A stretch of 49,524 nucleotides of DNA, from positions 1-49,524 of the forward strand of contig JBBSVU010000010.1 in assembly GCA_038046645.1 (NCBI GenBank), read 5' to 3'. The notes below the pieces were generated by a model. The model did not search any database. It saw only the letters and a program-made list of their open reading frames with translations, and was not told the origin of the DNA. Position 1 is the stretch's first letter. Each line of letters begins with the position of its first letter. Shown piece by piece: positions 37,697 to 46,481 of this stretch. Origin of the DNA: an archaeon. GTDB lineage: Archaea > Iainarchaeota > Iainarchaeia > Iainarchaeales > 0-14-0-20-34-12. Position numbers and translations under genes: made by a program.

Positions 37697-38105
37697 GCAA
37701 ATTATTGCCAAAGTAAATCCCGATAGAAATCAATCTTTCGAATTAATAAAACTTGCAGGGGAAAACTTGGTTGCAGCAGAGGATAATCTGAAAATGAAGC
37801 ATTTTGATTGGGGTCTTGCAATCGCATATAATGCAATGCTTTCTGCGGCCAGGGGTCTTATGGCATTGAAGGGTTATAGGGCATTTGCAGAACAGCATCA
37901 TTTGGCTGTGGTGCAGTTTTGTGCTGCAGTCATGCCTACAGAATCAACAATTTTAGTTGTAACATTTAACAGGTATAGAGTAAGAAGGCATAATGTGGTC
38001 TATGGGCAAAGGGAATCAGTTGGTGAAGACGAAGTAAAAAATGCAATTGATAGCGCAAAGAAATTTGTTGAAAAGATAAAAGAATTAGCAGAAAAAAATA
38101 AATAA
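37671..38105 (+). CDS. HEPN-domain protein (toxin partner)
   Basis: A...AYNAML.AAR.L...G, EQHH, RRHNVVY; overlaps the MNT gene. Confidence 0.88.
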   Translation: MDLKELLNKQIIAKVNPDRNQSFELIKLAGENLVAAEDNLKMKHFDWGLAIAYNAMLSAARGLMALKGYRAFAEQHHLAVVQFCAAVMPTESTILVVTFNRYRVRRHNVVYGQRESVGEDEVKNAIDSAKKFVEKIKELAEKNK

Positions 38106-38192
38106 AATAATCAGAAAAAATAAAAAAAGAAAAGAGCAAAATGCCCTTCAGTTCAATTCAGTTATTTTCAGTATTGCGTATTTTTGTTTTTA

Positions 38193-38759
38193 TCAATAAA
38201 CTTCTTCTATTTCCAATATTAAATATGCCTTTTTTGGGTTTGCTACTTTAATCATAGTATAATTTTGAGCATTTATTGGGTTATTGTCATAGCAGATTGG
38301 GTCATAGACACATTGCTCAAAACCGTACTTATTTACATAACCCCATCCAAGCGCAACAGAGTATTCTGAATCACATCCAACCAAATTATTTTTCGTTGGC
38401 ACAGTAAAACTATGTGCTTTTATCCAAGTATAATTACCATTACTGCCCGAATAACCTCCATGCAAATACAGTTTTTTTTCAGGAGGTAATGTATGTGCAT
38501 TATTACTATATTGGGCAGCCCCTAACTTTTTGAATTTTATCTGTGGGACAATTTTGCCTATCTCTCCACAAGACAAGTCTACCTGGTTAAATAATATTTC
38601 CATTCCGCTCTTTAGTGTAACTTTACTCCCCACTGTAGGCAATTTCACATAATAATGTGAGGGTATTTTTACAGTCACTTTCTTATCCATCGGAGTAAAA
38701 GCACTCACCAATCCCATAACTAAAATCATTGCAAATAATATTCCAAGCAATTTTTTCAT
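38193..38759 (-). CDS. secreted hypothetical protein, paralogue 3
   Basis: Sec signal MKKLLGILFAMILVMGLVSA; YYVKL and terminal YLILEIEEV. Confidence 0.8.
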   Translation of the reverse strand: MKKLLGILFAMILVMGLVSAFTPMDKKVTVKIPSHYYVKLPTVGSKVTLKSGMEILFNQVDLSCGEIGKIVPQIKFKKLGAAQYSNNAHTLPPEKKLYLHGGYSGSNGNYTWIKAHSFTVPTKNNLVGCDSEYSVALGWGYVNKYGFEQCVYDPICYDNNPINAQNYTMIKVANPKKAYLILEIEEVY

Positions 38760-39278
38760 TTACCACACCTCTACTTTTAGTATTGCTTTATGTGCTGAAC
38801 TATCCCCTAACTTATCATAATCTATGTCTATTTTTTCTGCAGTTATTTTCATATGGTAATTTATGAACCAATAATAGCTTTTTGGAAAAGCCCAAGCAAG
38901 TAAATCAAAGTCTATGGTTTTATTTTCCAATACCTGCACAAAGCACATATTGATAGAGTCATAACCACAACTATAATGTGTTTTATATGGGTAAGGGTAG
39001 TATTTGTTTGTGTTGCCGTTGTATATCCTCAAATTAACTGCTTCATCCCCACAATCAGGGTTTGAACCATCAAAGCTGCAAACCTGTGAATTCCACCAAA
39101 TCAATCCAATTCCATTTGGTAAAACTTCTTTATCCATCATCCCATTAAACGCAACGTAATAAGTTTTATGTTTGAATACATTTGGGATGTTAATTTTATT
39201 CTTTATTATTGGCGGCAAAGCAAAAACCATTCCACACATTAAAACCAAAATTAAAGCAATTCCAAGAATTCTTTTCAT
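38760..39278 (-). CDS. secreted hypothetical protein, paralogue 2
   Basis: Sec signal MKRILGIALILVLMCGMVFA; YYVAF and terminal AILKVEVW. Confidence 0.8.
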   Translation of the reverse strand: MKRILGIALILVLMCGMVFALPPIIKNKINIPNVFKHKTYYVAFNGMMDKEVLPNGIGLIWWNSQVCSFDGSNPDCGDEAVNLRIYNGNTNKYYPYPYKTHYSCGYDSINMCFVQVLENKTIDFDLLAWAFPKSYYWFINYHMKITAEKIDIDYDKLGDSSAHKAILKVEVW

Positions 39279-39288
39279 TTTTTCACCT

Positions 39289-39918
39289 TTAGTTTAATTC
39301 TGTTATCTGTAAAATTGTGTAAACAGTCTCACTGTTGTATAGTATTGAGCTTCCTTGTTTAAAGTTATCTGAAGCTAAAACACTGCAAATATTGCCTTCT
39401 TTTGTTTGGTTTGAATAACCCTGATTCATGCTGTAAACACCCTCTAAAACAGAGTTGTATTTATCGCATTTTGAAAAATCTTTTGTGTAATCCAATCCAA
39501 ACTGCACAAGTTTCATTTTAAATTTCCCATACTGGCTATTGACAGTTTGTGTTTCATTTACCTTTAATTCAATCATTTTCCCAAGGGTTTGGCCGCAATC
39601 ATCTTCGTCCAAATCTTCATAGCATTTATTAGGCATGAAGAATTTTACGGTAAATTCATTAGCTGGAACATACCATAGTAATGAATCCAAGTAGATAACT
39701 CCGCCATTCTTTAAATGAGCATTATACCCTGAACCCGTCATTCCAATTTCAGTCCCTGCCAATTTCACATAATATGAACTTGCTGGATCATAGTTCTTCA
39801 ATGTTTTTGCAAATGAATATTGCATAGCTTTATTTTTAAGCGCAAAAGGGTCTAAAGCAAAAACCATTCCACACATTAAAACCAAAATTAAAGCAATTCC
39901 AAGTATTTTCTTCATCAA
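39289..39918 (-). CDS. secreted hypothetical protein, paralogue 1
   Basis: Sec signal MKKILGIALILVLMCGMVFA; YYVKL and terminal YTILQITELN. Confidence 0.8.
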   Translation of the reverse strand: MMKKILGIALILVLMCGMVFALDPFALKNKAMQYSFAKTLKNYDPASSYYVKLAGTEIGMTGSGYNAHLKNGGVIYLDSLLWYVPANEFTVKFFMPNKCYEDLDEDDCGQTLGKMIELKVNETQTVNSQYGKFKMKLVQFGLDYTKDFSKCDKYNSVLEGVYSMNQGYSNQTKEGNICSVLASDNFKQGSSILYNSETVYTILQITELN

Positions 39919-39971
39919 ATCCTCTCCAATATTTATTATATTATTACTTTAAAAATAAAGAATAGGGAAAA

Positions 39972-40913
39972 TTATCTTCCCCGATATATAAATGCCCCTA
40001 AGATTAATAGGACAATTATTCCTGCAAATATGCCGCTTCCCAATACCGGAAAACCAGTTGGCGTTCCTGTACTTATGCTTCCAGCAGTGCTGCTAGCTTG
40101 TACTGCATTAGCATCCTGTGCCTGATTTGCAGAACTTAAATTTGCAGAATTCATCAAAAGCAAGGTTTTCTTTGACTTGAATTCACAGTAGCTTGGAACA
40201 TTATAAATCAACCAGGTTTTGTTCATGTCGCTTGACAAGTAAACAGTGAAATCCATTTTTGTGTTTGCAGGTATTGAGTAGCTGTCTGAGTATAATGTTA
40301 AACCAGCTCCACTTAATTTTACTGTTAGTCTGTCATCTAAAGTGTTATTTACTGATACCTTGAATGTGTTTGTCCCATTTGATAATTGTAATGTATTTGG
40401 AACATTCAATTCAAAGGTTTCACAGGCTTCGTCCATTGCTTCTGCCGTAGTTGGAACATCCTTGATTTCAACATTGAATTTCTTTGCTCCAATGTCATCA
40501 TATGTACAAGTCTGCCCGTTTAAGAAATGGCCCCTAATTTTCAAATATGCATCAAATACTCCGCTTGGTGAACTATCTAATGCTTCAACATTTACTTTTA
40601 CAGTTTTATCTTCGCTTGGGTTAATTATTTTATCCCAAAGATATGCGTTTACCATCAAACCATTAATCTCATCATAGGCTTCCGCCTTTTCTAAATAGAA
40701 TGGTTCTCCAGTAGCATTATGAACCAAAAAATTTACAACTGTTGATTTTTCCTTTTCAAGATAGACATTTTTTGTTTCTATCTGAATCAGGTTACAGTTA
40801 TTCTTTCCATCATATCCATAATTCAATTCTGCATGGGCAAATACTGAAAATAAAATAAAGAATACCCCTAACAGAATTACTGCCAAGCTTTTTCTTCCAA
40901 TTTTCACGGTCAT
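39972..40913 (-). CDS. cell-surface protein: signal peptide, beta-rich domains, S/T/A linker, C-terminal TM anchor
   Basis: Signal ending AHA; N-x-S/T sequons; TPTGF + hydrophobic helix + YRGR end. Confidence 0.8.
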   Translation of the reverse strand: MTVKIGRKSLAVILLGVFFILFSVFAHAELNYGYDGKNNCNLIQIETKNVYLEKEKSTVVNFLVHNATGEPFYLEKAEAYDEINGLMVNAYLWDKIINPSEDKTVKVNVEALDSSPSGVFDAYLKIRGHFLNGQTCTYDDIGAKKFNVEIKDVPTTAEAMDEACETFELNVPNTLQLSNGTNTFKVSVNNTLDDRLTVKLSGAGLTLYSDSYSIPANTKMDFTVYLSSDMNKTWLIYNVPSYCEFKSKKTLLLMNSANLSSANQAQDANAVQASSTAGSISTGTPTGFPVLGSGIFAGIIVLLILGAFIYRGR

Positions 40914-41054
40914 ATACTAATTACTGTCACAGGTTATTTAAATACCTTTCCCTTTGTCACATTAAATAGTTATATCACAAATTAACCGAATTTGATGAAT
41001 AATATAATTCACTTAATAAGAAATTAACCTATGCTGCCAAATGCCCTTAAACCC

Positions 41055-41342
41055 TTATTCTTGGCCTTTTCTAGCAAAGATAGTTTCATAGTCTTCAAAG
41101 GTAACAAGCTTTATTGTATTTGTTTTTGTATCTACAAAATAAGTCAGTATAAAGTTACTGCCTATATGGGCCATTCTTTGCTTTTGCAGCGGAGCAGGCA
41201 TTTGCTTGAATTTGTAAGGATCTTTTATTATTTCTCTTAATATGTTCTCTATGGTTTTATGCAATCCAGTATTTTCCTTACTGGCTTTCTTTACCTTTTC
41301 AGCACACTCAGAACTGTATTGCAGATTGTACATACAAACCAT
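41055..41342 (-). CDS. RelE/ParE-superfamily toxin-like protein
   Basis: YNLQYS..., I...PY..K...L...R.AHIG..FIL.Y.VD.....IKLV pattern; downstream of an antitoxin-like gene. Confidence 0.7.
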   Translation of the reverse strand: MVCMYNLQYSSECAEKVKKASKENTGLHKTIENILREIIKDPYKFKQMPAPLQKQRMAHIGSNFILTYFVDTKTNTIKLVTFEDYETIFARKGQE

Positions 41343-41405
41343 TTTTGCCTATATGTTATTCAATAATATTCACTAATTAACGTTTATTATTTGTCTAATA
41401 TTATA

Positions 41406-41684
41406 TCAAATATATTTTCCCTTCTTTTCAATCCTCAAAGCATCTTTTATGAATTCAGGCTTTAATGCCAGATGCTCAACCGGATGCCAATTATTTTTAT
41501 TCATCCATTCTTCATCCTCGTCAGTGAATTCTTCCTTATCCACATACTTCTTCAATATGTCTAATTTGTTTATTTTCTCAAGCTCAAGTACCATTGCCTT
41601 TCTTGCAATTTCTGTCCATTTTATGTGAGGGTATTTTTTGATTCCTTTCTCCAATTCTCCGCTTACAGACATTGTGATATTCAT
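41406..41684 (-). CDS. ribbon-helix-helix antitoxin-like protein
   Basis: MNITMSVSGEL...IKKYPHIKWTEIARKA; AGGAG SD; C-terminal LKPEFIK. Confidence 0.7.
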   Translation of the reverse strand: MNITMSVSGELEKGIKKYPHIKWTEIARKAMVLELEKINKLDILKKYVDKEEFTDEDEEWMNKNNWHPVEHLALKPEFIKDALRIEKKGKYI

Positions 41685-41712
41685 AATCTCTCCTTTTTGC
41701 TTTTGATAAAAT

Positions 41713-41728
41713 TCACATATATATGTGA
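41713..41728. promoter_or_regulatory. perfect 16-bp palindrome, probable autoregulatory operator of the RHH-RelE operon
   Basis: TCACATATATATGTGA about 30 nt upstream of the antitoxin ATG. Confidence 0.55.
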
Positions 41729-41779
41729 TTAACATATTTATATATTTTATGTTAATATCCGCGGAGAATTAGATCCAAA

Positions 41780-41947
41780 TTAAACATCAATTAACGCAAG
41801 TTGCCAGTAGCAAACAGAAAAAGTCATTACAAATCCTAAAGTAGTGAAAAATATGTTTGAGAAAACTGCCAAATTAAACTGGGAAAGAATCCCCATGCCC
41901 ATATGAATTATAACTGCCGCGAAAAAGGAAAGCCTTATTTTATGCAT
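41780..41947 (-). CDS. small hydrophobic protein, 55 aa (not in ORF track)
   Basis: MHKIRLSFFAAVIIHMGMGILSQFNLAVFSNIFFTTLGFVMTFSVCYWQLALIDV; TAATG stop-start coupling with the upstream ORF. Confidence 0.55.
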   Translation of the reverse strand: MHKIRLSFFAAVIIHMGMGILSQFNLAVFSNIFFTTLGFVMTFSVCYWQLALIDV

Positions 41948-42315
41948 TATAAAAACCCCAAATTAAAAGCAATGTAAACTATAAGATATTGGGCAAGCAT
42001 CAATGGCACCATCTTATTTTTTAAGCTAGAAGTTTCTTCAGCAAAAACCAATAGCAAAAACCTTGTTGCATAGAAGATAAAAAGAAAGCTTCCTGATAGA
42101 AATGTCCAGCCAACAACAACACTAAATTCCGAGTAAGCCCATAGTTCAATAGCTATAACAAAAGTTGCAATAATAATTCTGGAAAAGTTGTTTTTGCTCA
42201 AGAAAAGCACACCAAAACATAGGAAAGCAAAGGAATAGTTCAGGTTCGCCAGAACCATGTTTATTATCCAGAAAATATCGAGGCTAAGTAAATGATAGAA
42301 AAAATCCAAGTACAT
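41947..42315 (-). CDS. hypothetical membrane protein (about 4 TM)
   Basis: Highly hydrophobic 122-aa ORF. Confidence 0.7.
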   Translation of the reverse strand: MYLDFFYHLLSLDIFWIINMVLANLNYSFAFLCFGVLFLSKNNFSRIIIATFVIAIELWAYSEFSVVVGWTFLSGSFLFIFYATRFLLLVFAEETSSLKNKMVPLMLAQYLIVYIAFNLGFL

Positions 42316-42443
42316 AAGTAAACTATGTTCGAGCTTACCGAAGCCTTAATCCCTTAAATTTAAGGTTTTTATATAAATCCACTGTTATTTATCATTTTTT
42401 AACTTAAGAAAGTTATATAAATAACCTTGAGCATTATTATTGT

Positions 42444-43100
42444 ATGTGGGTTGCTAAACTAAAAATAAATCATAAGGATTGCCCGATTGTTTCAAGGGCC
42501 AAAAAATTCAATTCTAATGTATTATCCCATCCTGGAAAATACTCCCAAGAAAATGGCCAGAGCAAAGTCAGGATGGAGTGCAAATTTTTAGGCAATGAAT
42601 CAGCAAGAAATGCCTATTATTCTGATTTAAAAAATGACCCAAAAGTCCTAAGCTTCAATTCTGAAAATGATTATTTTGTTTACGAATATAATTTAGGCCA
42701 GGAAGGAGAAATGACCAGCAAATATTTTACTTCGGATTTATCTTACACTAAGCCAACATTCAATTCAGCTGATAATAATGAATATTGGGAAGTATCCTCT
42801 TTTACCAAAGAATCATTGAAAAGGTTTTATGATTCTTTAACTGCGCACATGGATAAAGTAGATTTATTGCAATTATCAAGGAAAGATTCTTCAGCTAATC
42901 TATTTTGTGGTTCTCCTATTGACCTTTCTGGGCAGCAGAGAATTGCATTTGAATTAGCTTTGAAATATGGTTATTATAATTTTCCAAGACATGTGAATCT
43001 GGAATTTTTGGCTTCCCAGATGGGAATTTCAATTGCAACACTGCAGGAACATCTTAGAAAAGCAGAAGCAAAGATATTCTCTTCTGCAGTCTTATTCTAA
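42444..43100 (+). CDS. Bat/HTH-10-family transcriptional regulator
   Basis: N-terminal H.DC; C-terminal LS.QQR.A..LA...GYYNFPR...L..LA..MGIS.AT..EHLRKAE.K. Confidence 0.88.
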   Translation: MWVAKLKINHKDCPIVSRAKKFNSNVLSHPGKYSQENGQSKVRMECKFLGNESARNAYYSDLKNDPKVLSFNSENDYFVYEYNLGQEGEMTSKYFTSDLSYTKPTFNSADNNEYWEVSSFTKESLKRFYDSLTAHMDKVDLLQLSRKDSSANLFCGSPIDLSGQQRIAFELALKYGYYNFPRHVNLEFLASQMGISIATLQEHLRKAEAKIFSSAVLF

Positions 43101-43116
43101 ACTTTAAATTATCTAT

Positions 43117-43605
43117 TCAATTCTTTAATTCTCTAAAGTGCATGCGTGCCGTTATCCAATCAGAAATTGCTTTTTTTACAACGGCCGCATTATGTTTTCC
43201 TAATTCCTTTTCCACCTCTTCAGCCATGCTAGTTAAGAATAATCTGCAATCCAGTAATGGAAGTTTTTGTTCTCTTATAACTCCTTCAGCAATTCTGTGG
43301 ATAACTTTTCTCTCAGTTTTACTATTTATTCCTGCAATATTTAGCAACATTTCAACAGACCACTGATTTCTTTCTAAAATCAAATGATTCAATGCAGGAT
43401 TATGTCCAGCCATTCGATATACCTGTACCTCTCCAAGGCGGCCTAGTCCAAGTTTTTCTAATCCTTTTCTATATCTTGCATCTAACCCCGAGCTCAATCT
43501 TGCAACCTCTGCCATATGGTGAAAATGGGTGTGGCTAGATAAGTCTAATTCCTTAATTTTAACACGTCTTCTTGCAGGCAATAAATATCTTCTTTTTGGT
43601 CTCAT
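43117..43605 (-). CDS. hypothetical helical protein with Arg-rich N-terminus (paralogue of the adjacent gene)
   Basis: MRPKRRYLLPARRR; FHHMAEV and LLNIAGI shared with the neighbour. Confidence 0.65.
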   Translation of the reverse strand: MRPKRRYLLPARRRVKIKELDLSSHTHFHHMAEVARLSSGLDARYRKGLEKLGLGRLGEVQVYRMAGHNPALNHLILERNQWSVEMLLNIAGINSKTERKVIHRIAEGVIREQKLPLLDCRLFLTSMAEEVEKELGKHNAAVVKKAISDWITARMHFRELKN

Positions 43606-43628
43606 AAAAATCACAAAAATTCACAATA

Positions 43629-44084
43629 CTATACTGTTGCCTTAAAATCCTCAAAAGCCAGATGGATTCTTTTTTCATTTTGTTCGGTTAATAATCCTTT
43701 TTTTCGTAGCGCTTCTATTAATTGATTTAAGTATGTTTCAGATAATGGTCTTGGAGAACTATCTCTATTAATTTCTCTCCAAGTTTCTAGCATTGTTTCT
43801 TTTCTTCTAATTCCTGCAATATCCAAAACTAACCCAATTAATTCTTCGTTTTGTTTATTTAAAAAGGCCCTCATTCTTTCCCTTGCCTCAGTATCTCTCC
43901 TAATATCTCTTTTTGTTTGTAAATCATCAATGGCTTTTGTATAAGTATCTTCTATTAATCGTCTTCTTCTTGTAATCTCTGCCAAATGGTGAAAGTATCG
44001 TAAGTCGCGTATTGGATTTGGTTTTTTTCTTACCGCTCTTTTATTTGGGGATAAAATATATCTAATTCTTCTAGGGCGGTTCAT
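43629..44084 (-). CDS. hypothetical helical protein with Arg-rich N-terminus
   Basis: MNRPRRIRYILSPNKR; FHHLAEI and VLDIAGI. Confidence 0.65.
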   Translation of the reverse strand: MNRPRRIRYILSPNKRAVRKKPNPIRDLRYFHHLAEITRRRRLIEDTYTKAIDDLQTKRDIRRDTEARERMRAFLNKQNEELIGLVLDIAGIRRKETMLETWREINRDSSPRPLSETYLNQLIEALRKKGLLTEQNEKRIHLAFEDFKATV

Positions 44085-44110
44085 ATTAATCATTTATCAC
44101 AATGTCATTT

Positions 44111-45955
44111 TTAACCTTTTACACAGATTAAAGGCTTCATTTCTACAACTTTTTTAGCTATTCCTGCATTATGTGTTACATCAATTACTGAGTAAATATT
44201 CTTGTATGCATCAGGCGCTTCCTCAGCCAATCCTTTCAGGGAATGGCCCTTAATTATGATGCCTTTTTTGCTTAGTTCACTTACAAGGGTTTCACCCCTG
44301 AAACTCTTTATTGCCTGATTCCTAGACATTACCCTGCCAGCACCATGTACAGTGCTCCCAAATGTTTCTTTCATGCCTTTTTCTGTGCCTGCTAGAATGT
44401 ATGAAGCAGTGCCCATTGTTCCGCCTACAATAATCGGCTGGCCTGATGATTTATAGGCTTTTGGAATGCCTTCACAATTAGGCCCAAAGCCACGAGTGCT
44501 GCCTTTTCTGTGCACCAAAACCTTTTTCATTTTTCCATCAATTTCATGCTCCTCAATTTTAGCAGTATTATGCCCGACATCATACAATTGCCTTATCTCT
44601 TTCTCATCAACCCCAAATGTTTTTGAAAAACACTGCCTTGTTAAATGTGCAATAACCTGTCGGTTTGCAAATGCACAATTTGTTCCTGCATTTACTGCTG
44701 AAAAATATTTCTTTCCTTCCTCGCTTTGAATCGGCGCTCCTACAAGTTCTTTATCCTTAATTTGAATATTATATTTCCTTGTTGCATCTTCCAATTCACT
44801 TAAATAATCTGTTCCAATCTGATGCCCTAATCCGCGAGAACCGCAATGTATGCTGATAAGAATTTGATCTTCTTCTAAGCCATAATTTTTTGCAATTTTT
44901 TCATCAAAAATCTTGCTCACATATTGCACTTCAAGGTAATGATTTCCAGAACCCAAAGTCCCAACTTCTTTGTACTGCCTTTCCTTGGCTTTTCTGCTTA
45001 CTGCCTTTGGATCTGCTCCCTCAGCAACGCCATTTAATTCAGTAAATTCTAAATCCTCTTTCAGTCCAAATCCGCGTTTTATAGCATATTCAGAACCTTT
45101 CTCTAATACCTCATCAATCTCATCAATGCCTAAAGCAAGCTGCCCTCTTGAACCCAATCCTGCTGGAACTTTGTTATATAGAAGTTGGGCTAATTCTTCC
45201 TGCTTTTTCAGAATGTCCTTTTTCACTAGCGAAGTTTTTAATGTTCGTACTCCGCAATTTGAAACAACAAATCCATTTGCAATAAAATTGTGGGTTTTTG
45301 GTATTGTAAAATCAAATACCCGTCCCTTAAATTTTATTTTTTTAACAATATCTATTTTTTCCCATTCTATTTTTGTGTTATTAATAATAGCAACCTCGAT
45401 GTTTTCTCTTAGGTTCTTTATTTGTAGCATTCCTTTTTTAGTTAAAAAGGGGTGATCCTCAGTTGCCTTTATTTTATTTCCATTTTCCGTAATAATTTCC
45501 ATCAAACTATTAGCAGGTCTATCCATAAAAAATAGTGGATTTACCATTTTTACTTGAGTTCCATCAATTGTACCTACAAGGTGCTTACCAAATTCGAATT
45601 CGGATATTTTAATCTGGTCTTCATTAGTAATTATTTTTGTATCTCTAGGAAGGCAATTAATATCAAAACCGATTGAACCAAAGGTAATTATCCCTTCCTG
45701 CAAATCCATTGCACATACTCCGCCAATTGGACTGCCATACCCAGGGTGGCAATCCGCAAGGGCAATTGCGTATTTCTGAATCCCCGGTAAGCATGCAACA
45801 TTCCTTAATTGTTTTAATGTTGACCAATCAATTCTTTCTTCATCCTGCAAAATTTTCATGTATTTTTCATCTGTGTAAACCCTAGCAGGAACTTTCATAT
45901 CATTTTCTTTTGGAAATTCCCAGACAAATTCTTCAATCTTTTTTGGTTCAACCAT
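44111..45955 (-). CDS. rtcB: RtcB tRNA-splicing/RNA-repair ligase containing an intein
   Basis: D.H.GYG.PIGGV, GFDIN|CGVR, GTLGSGNHYLE, HCGSRGLG, HRKG.TR, HGAGR. Confidence 0.96.
   Translation of the reverse strand: MVEPKKIEEFVWEFPKENDMKVPARVYTDEKYMKILQDEERIDWSTLKQLRNVACLPGIQKYAIALADCHPGYGSPIGGVCAMDLQEGIITFGSIGFDINCLPRDTKIITNEDQIKISEFEFGKHLVGTIDGTQVKMVNPLFFMDRPANSLMEIITENGNKIKATEDHPFLTKKGMLQIKNLRENIEVAIINNTKIEWEKIDIVKKIKFKGRVFDFTIPKTHNFIANGFVVSNCGVRTLKTSLVKKDILKKQEELAQLLYNKVPAGLGSRGQLALGIDEIDEVLEKGSEYAIKRGFGLKEDLEFTELNGVAEGADPKAVSRKAKERQYKEVGTLGSGNHYLEVQYVSKIFDEKIAKNYGLEEDQILISIHCGSRGLGHQIGTDYLSELEDATRKYNIQIKDKELVGAPIQSEEGKKYFSAVNAGTNCAFANRQVIAHLTRQCFSKTFGVDEKEIRQLYDVGHNTAKIEEHEIDGKMKKVLVHRKGSTRGFGPNCEGIPKAYKSSGQPIIVGGTMGTASYILAGTEKGMKETFGSTVHGAGRVMSRNQAIKSFRGETLVSELSKKGIIIKGHSLKGLAEEAPDAYKNIYSVIDVTHNAGIAKKVVEMKPLICVKG
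45257..45655 (-). mobile_element. 133-aa mini-intein in RtcB (no homing endonuclease)
   Basis: Block A CLPRDT, block B ATEDHPF, block F VFDFTIP..HNFIANG, ends VVSN before +1 Cys. Confidence 0.93.
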
Positions 45956-45979
45956 GCGATCAACTATTTCATAAATTTT

Positions 45980-46426
45980 TTAAACATCAACAACACATTG
46001 TGCAATGCAAATATTTCCCTGTTTTTCAACCTTCAACCCAGAATATGTTGCCGCTTTTACTTCAGTATTCAATATGTGCTTTTTCTCATTTAATTTTTCG
46101 CCGAATGCTGTTGCAGTCAGGGAAAAAGTATTTTTCCTTTCACTAATATCTTTTATTTTGAATTCCTTGAACAAAAACTGCTTTGCATCTGATAAATACA
46201 ATAATTCATTCAGCCATTTCACAAATAATTTTTCCAAAGAATTCTCTTCTATCCTGATCTCAAACTTATCTTTTTTCTGCACAGTCTCAAGCTCAACCAT
46301 TATTGAAAACATTGCTTTTGCTGCTTCTTGGAATGCTTCCTCAAATGAATTTCCATAACCTCTAATTCCCATATCTGCCTTATGCTCCAAAAGCCCAAAA
46401 TAAGGTTTTATCTTTTTGTTTCGCAT
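45980..46426 (-). CDS. archease (RtcB cofactor)
   Basis: LEHKADMG, WLNELLY, EVKAATYS, VVDV; directly upstream of rtcB. Confidence 0.94.
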   Translation of the reverse strand: MRNKKIKPYFGLLEHKADMGIRGYGNSFEEAFQEAAKAMFSIMVELETVQKKDKFEIRIEENSLEKLFVKWLNELLYLSDAKQFLFKEFKIKDISERKNTFSLTATAFGEKLNEKKHILNTEVKAATYSGLKVEKQGNICIAQCVVDV

Positions 46427-46481
46427 ATTTATCCAAGGTTTTTTTATTTTAATTTTTTTGCTAATTATCTAGAAATAAAAA

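Noticed and set aside
38166..38175. TTTCAGTATT match to the putative TnpB guide
   Set aside because: Only 10 nt in AT-rich DNA and missing the guide's first bases; expected by chance
38193..39918. Diversity-generating retroelement as the cause of the variable secreted genes
   Set aside because: No reverse transcriptase and no TR/VR pair with adenine-specific mismatches in the window
40925..40979. TGTCACA/TATCACA direct repeats upstream of the surface-protein gene
   Set aside because: Only 7 nt with irregular spacing; too weak to call an operator
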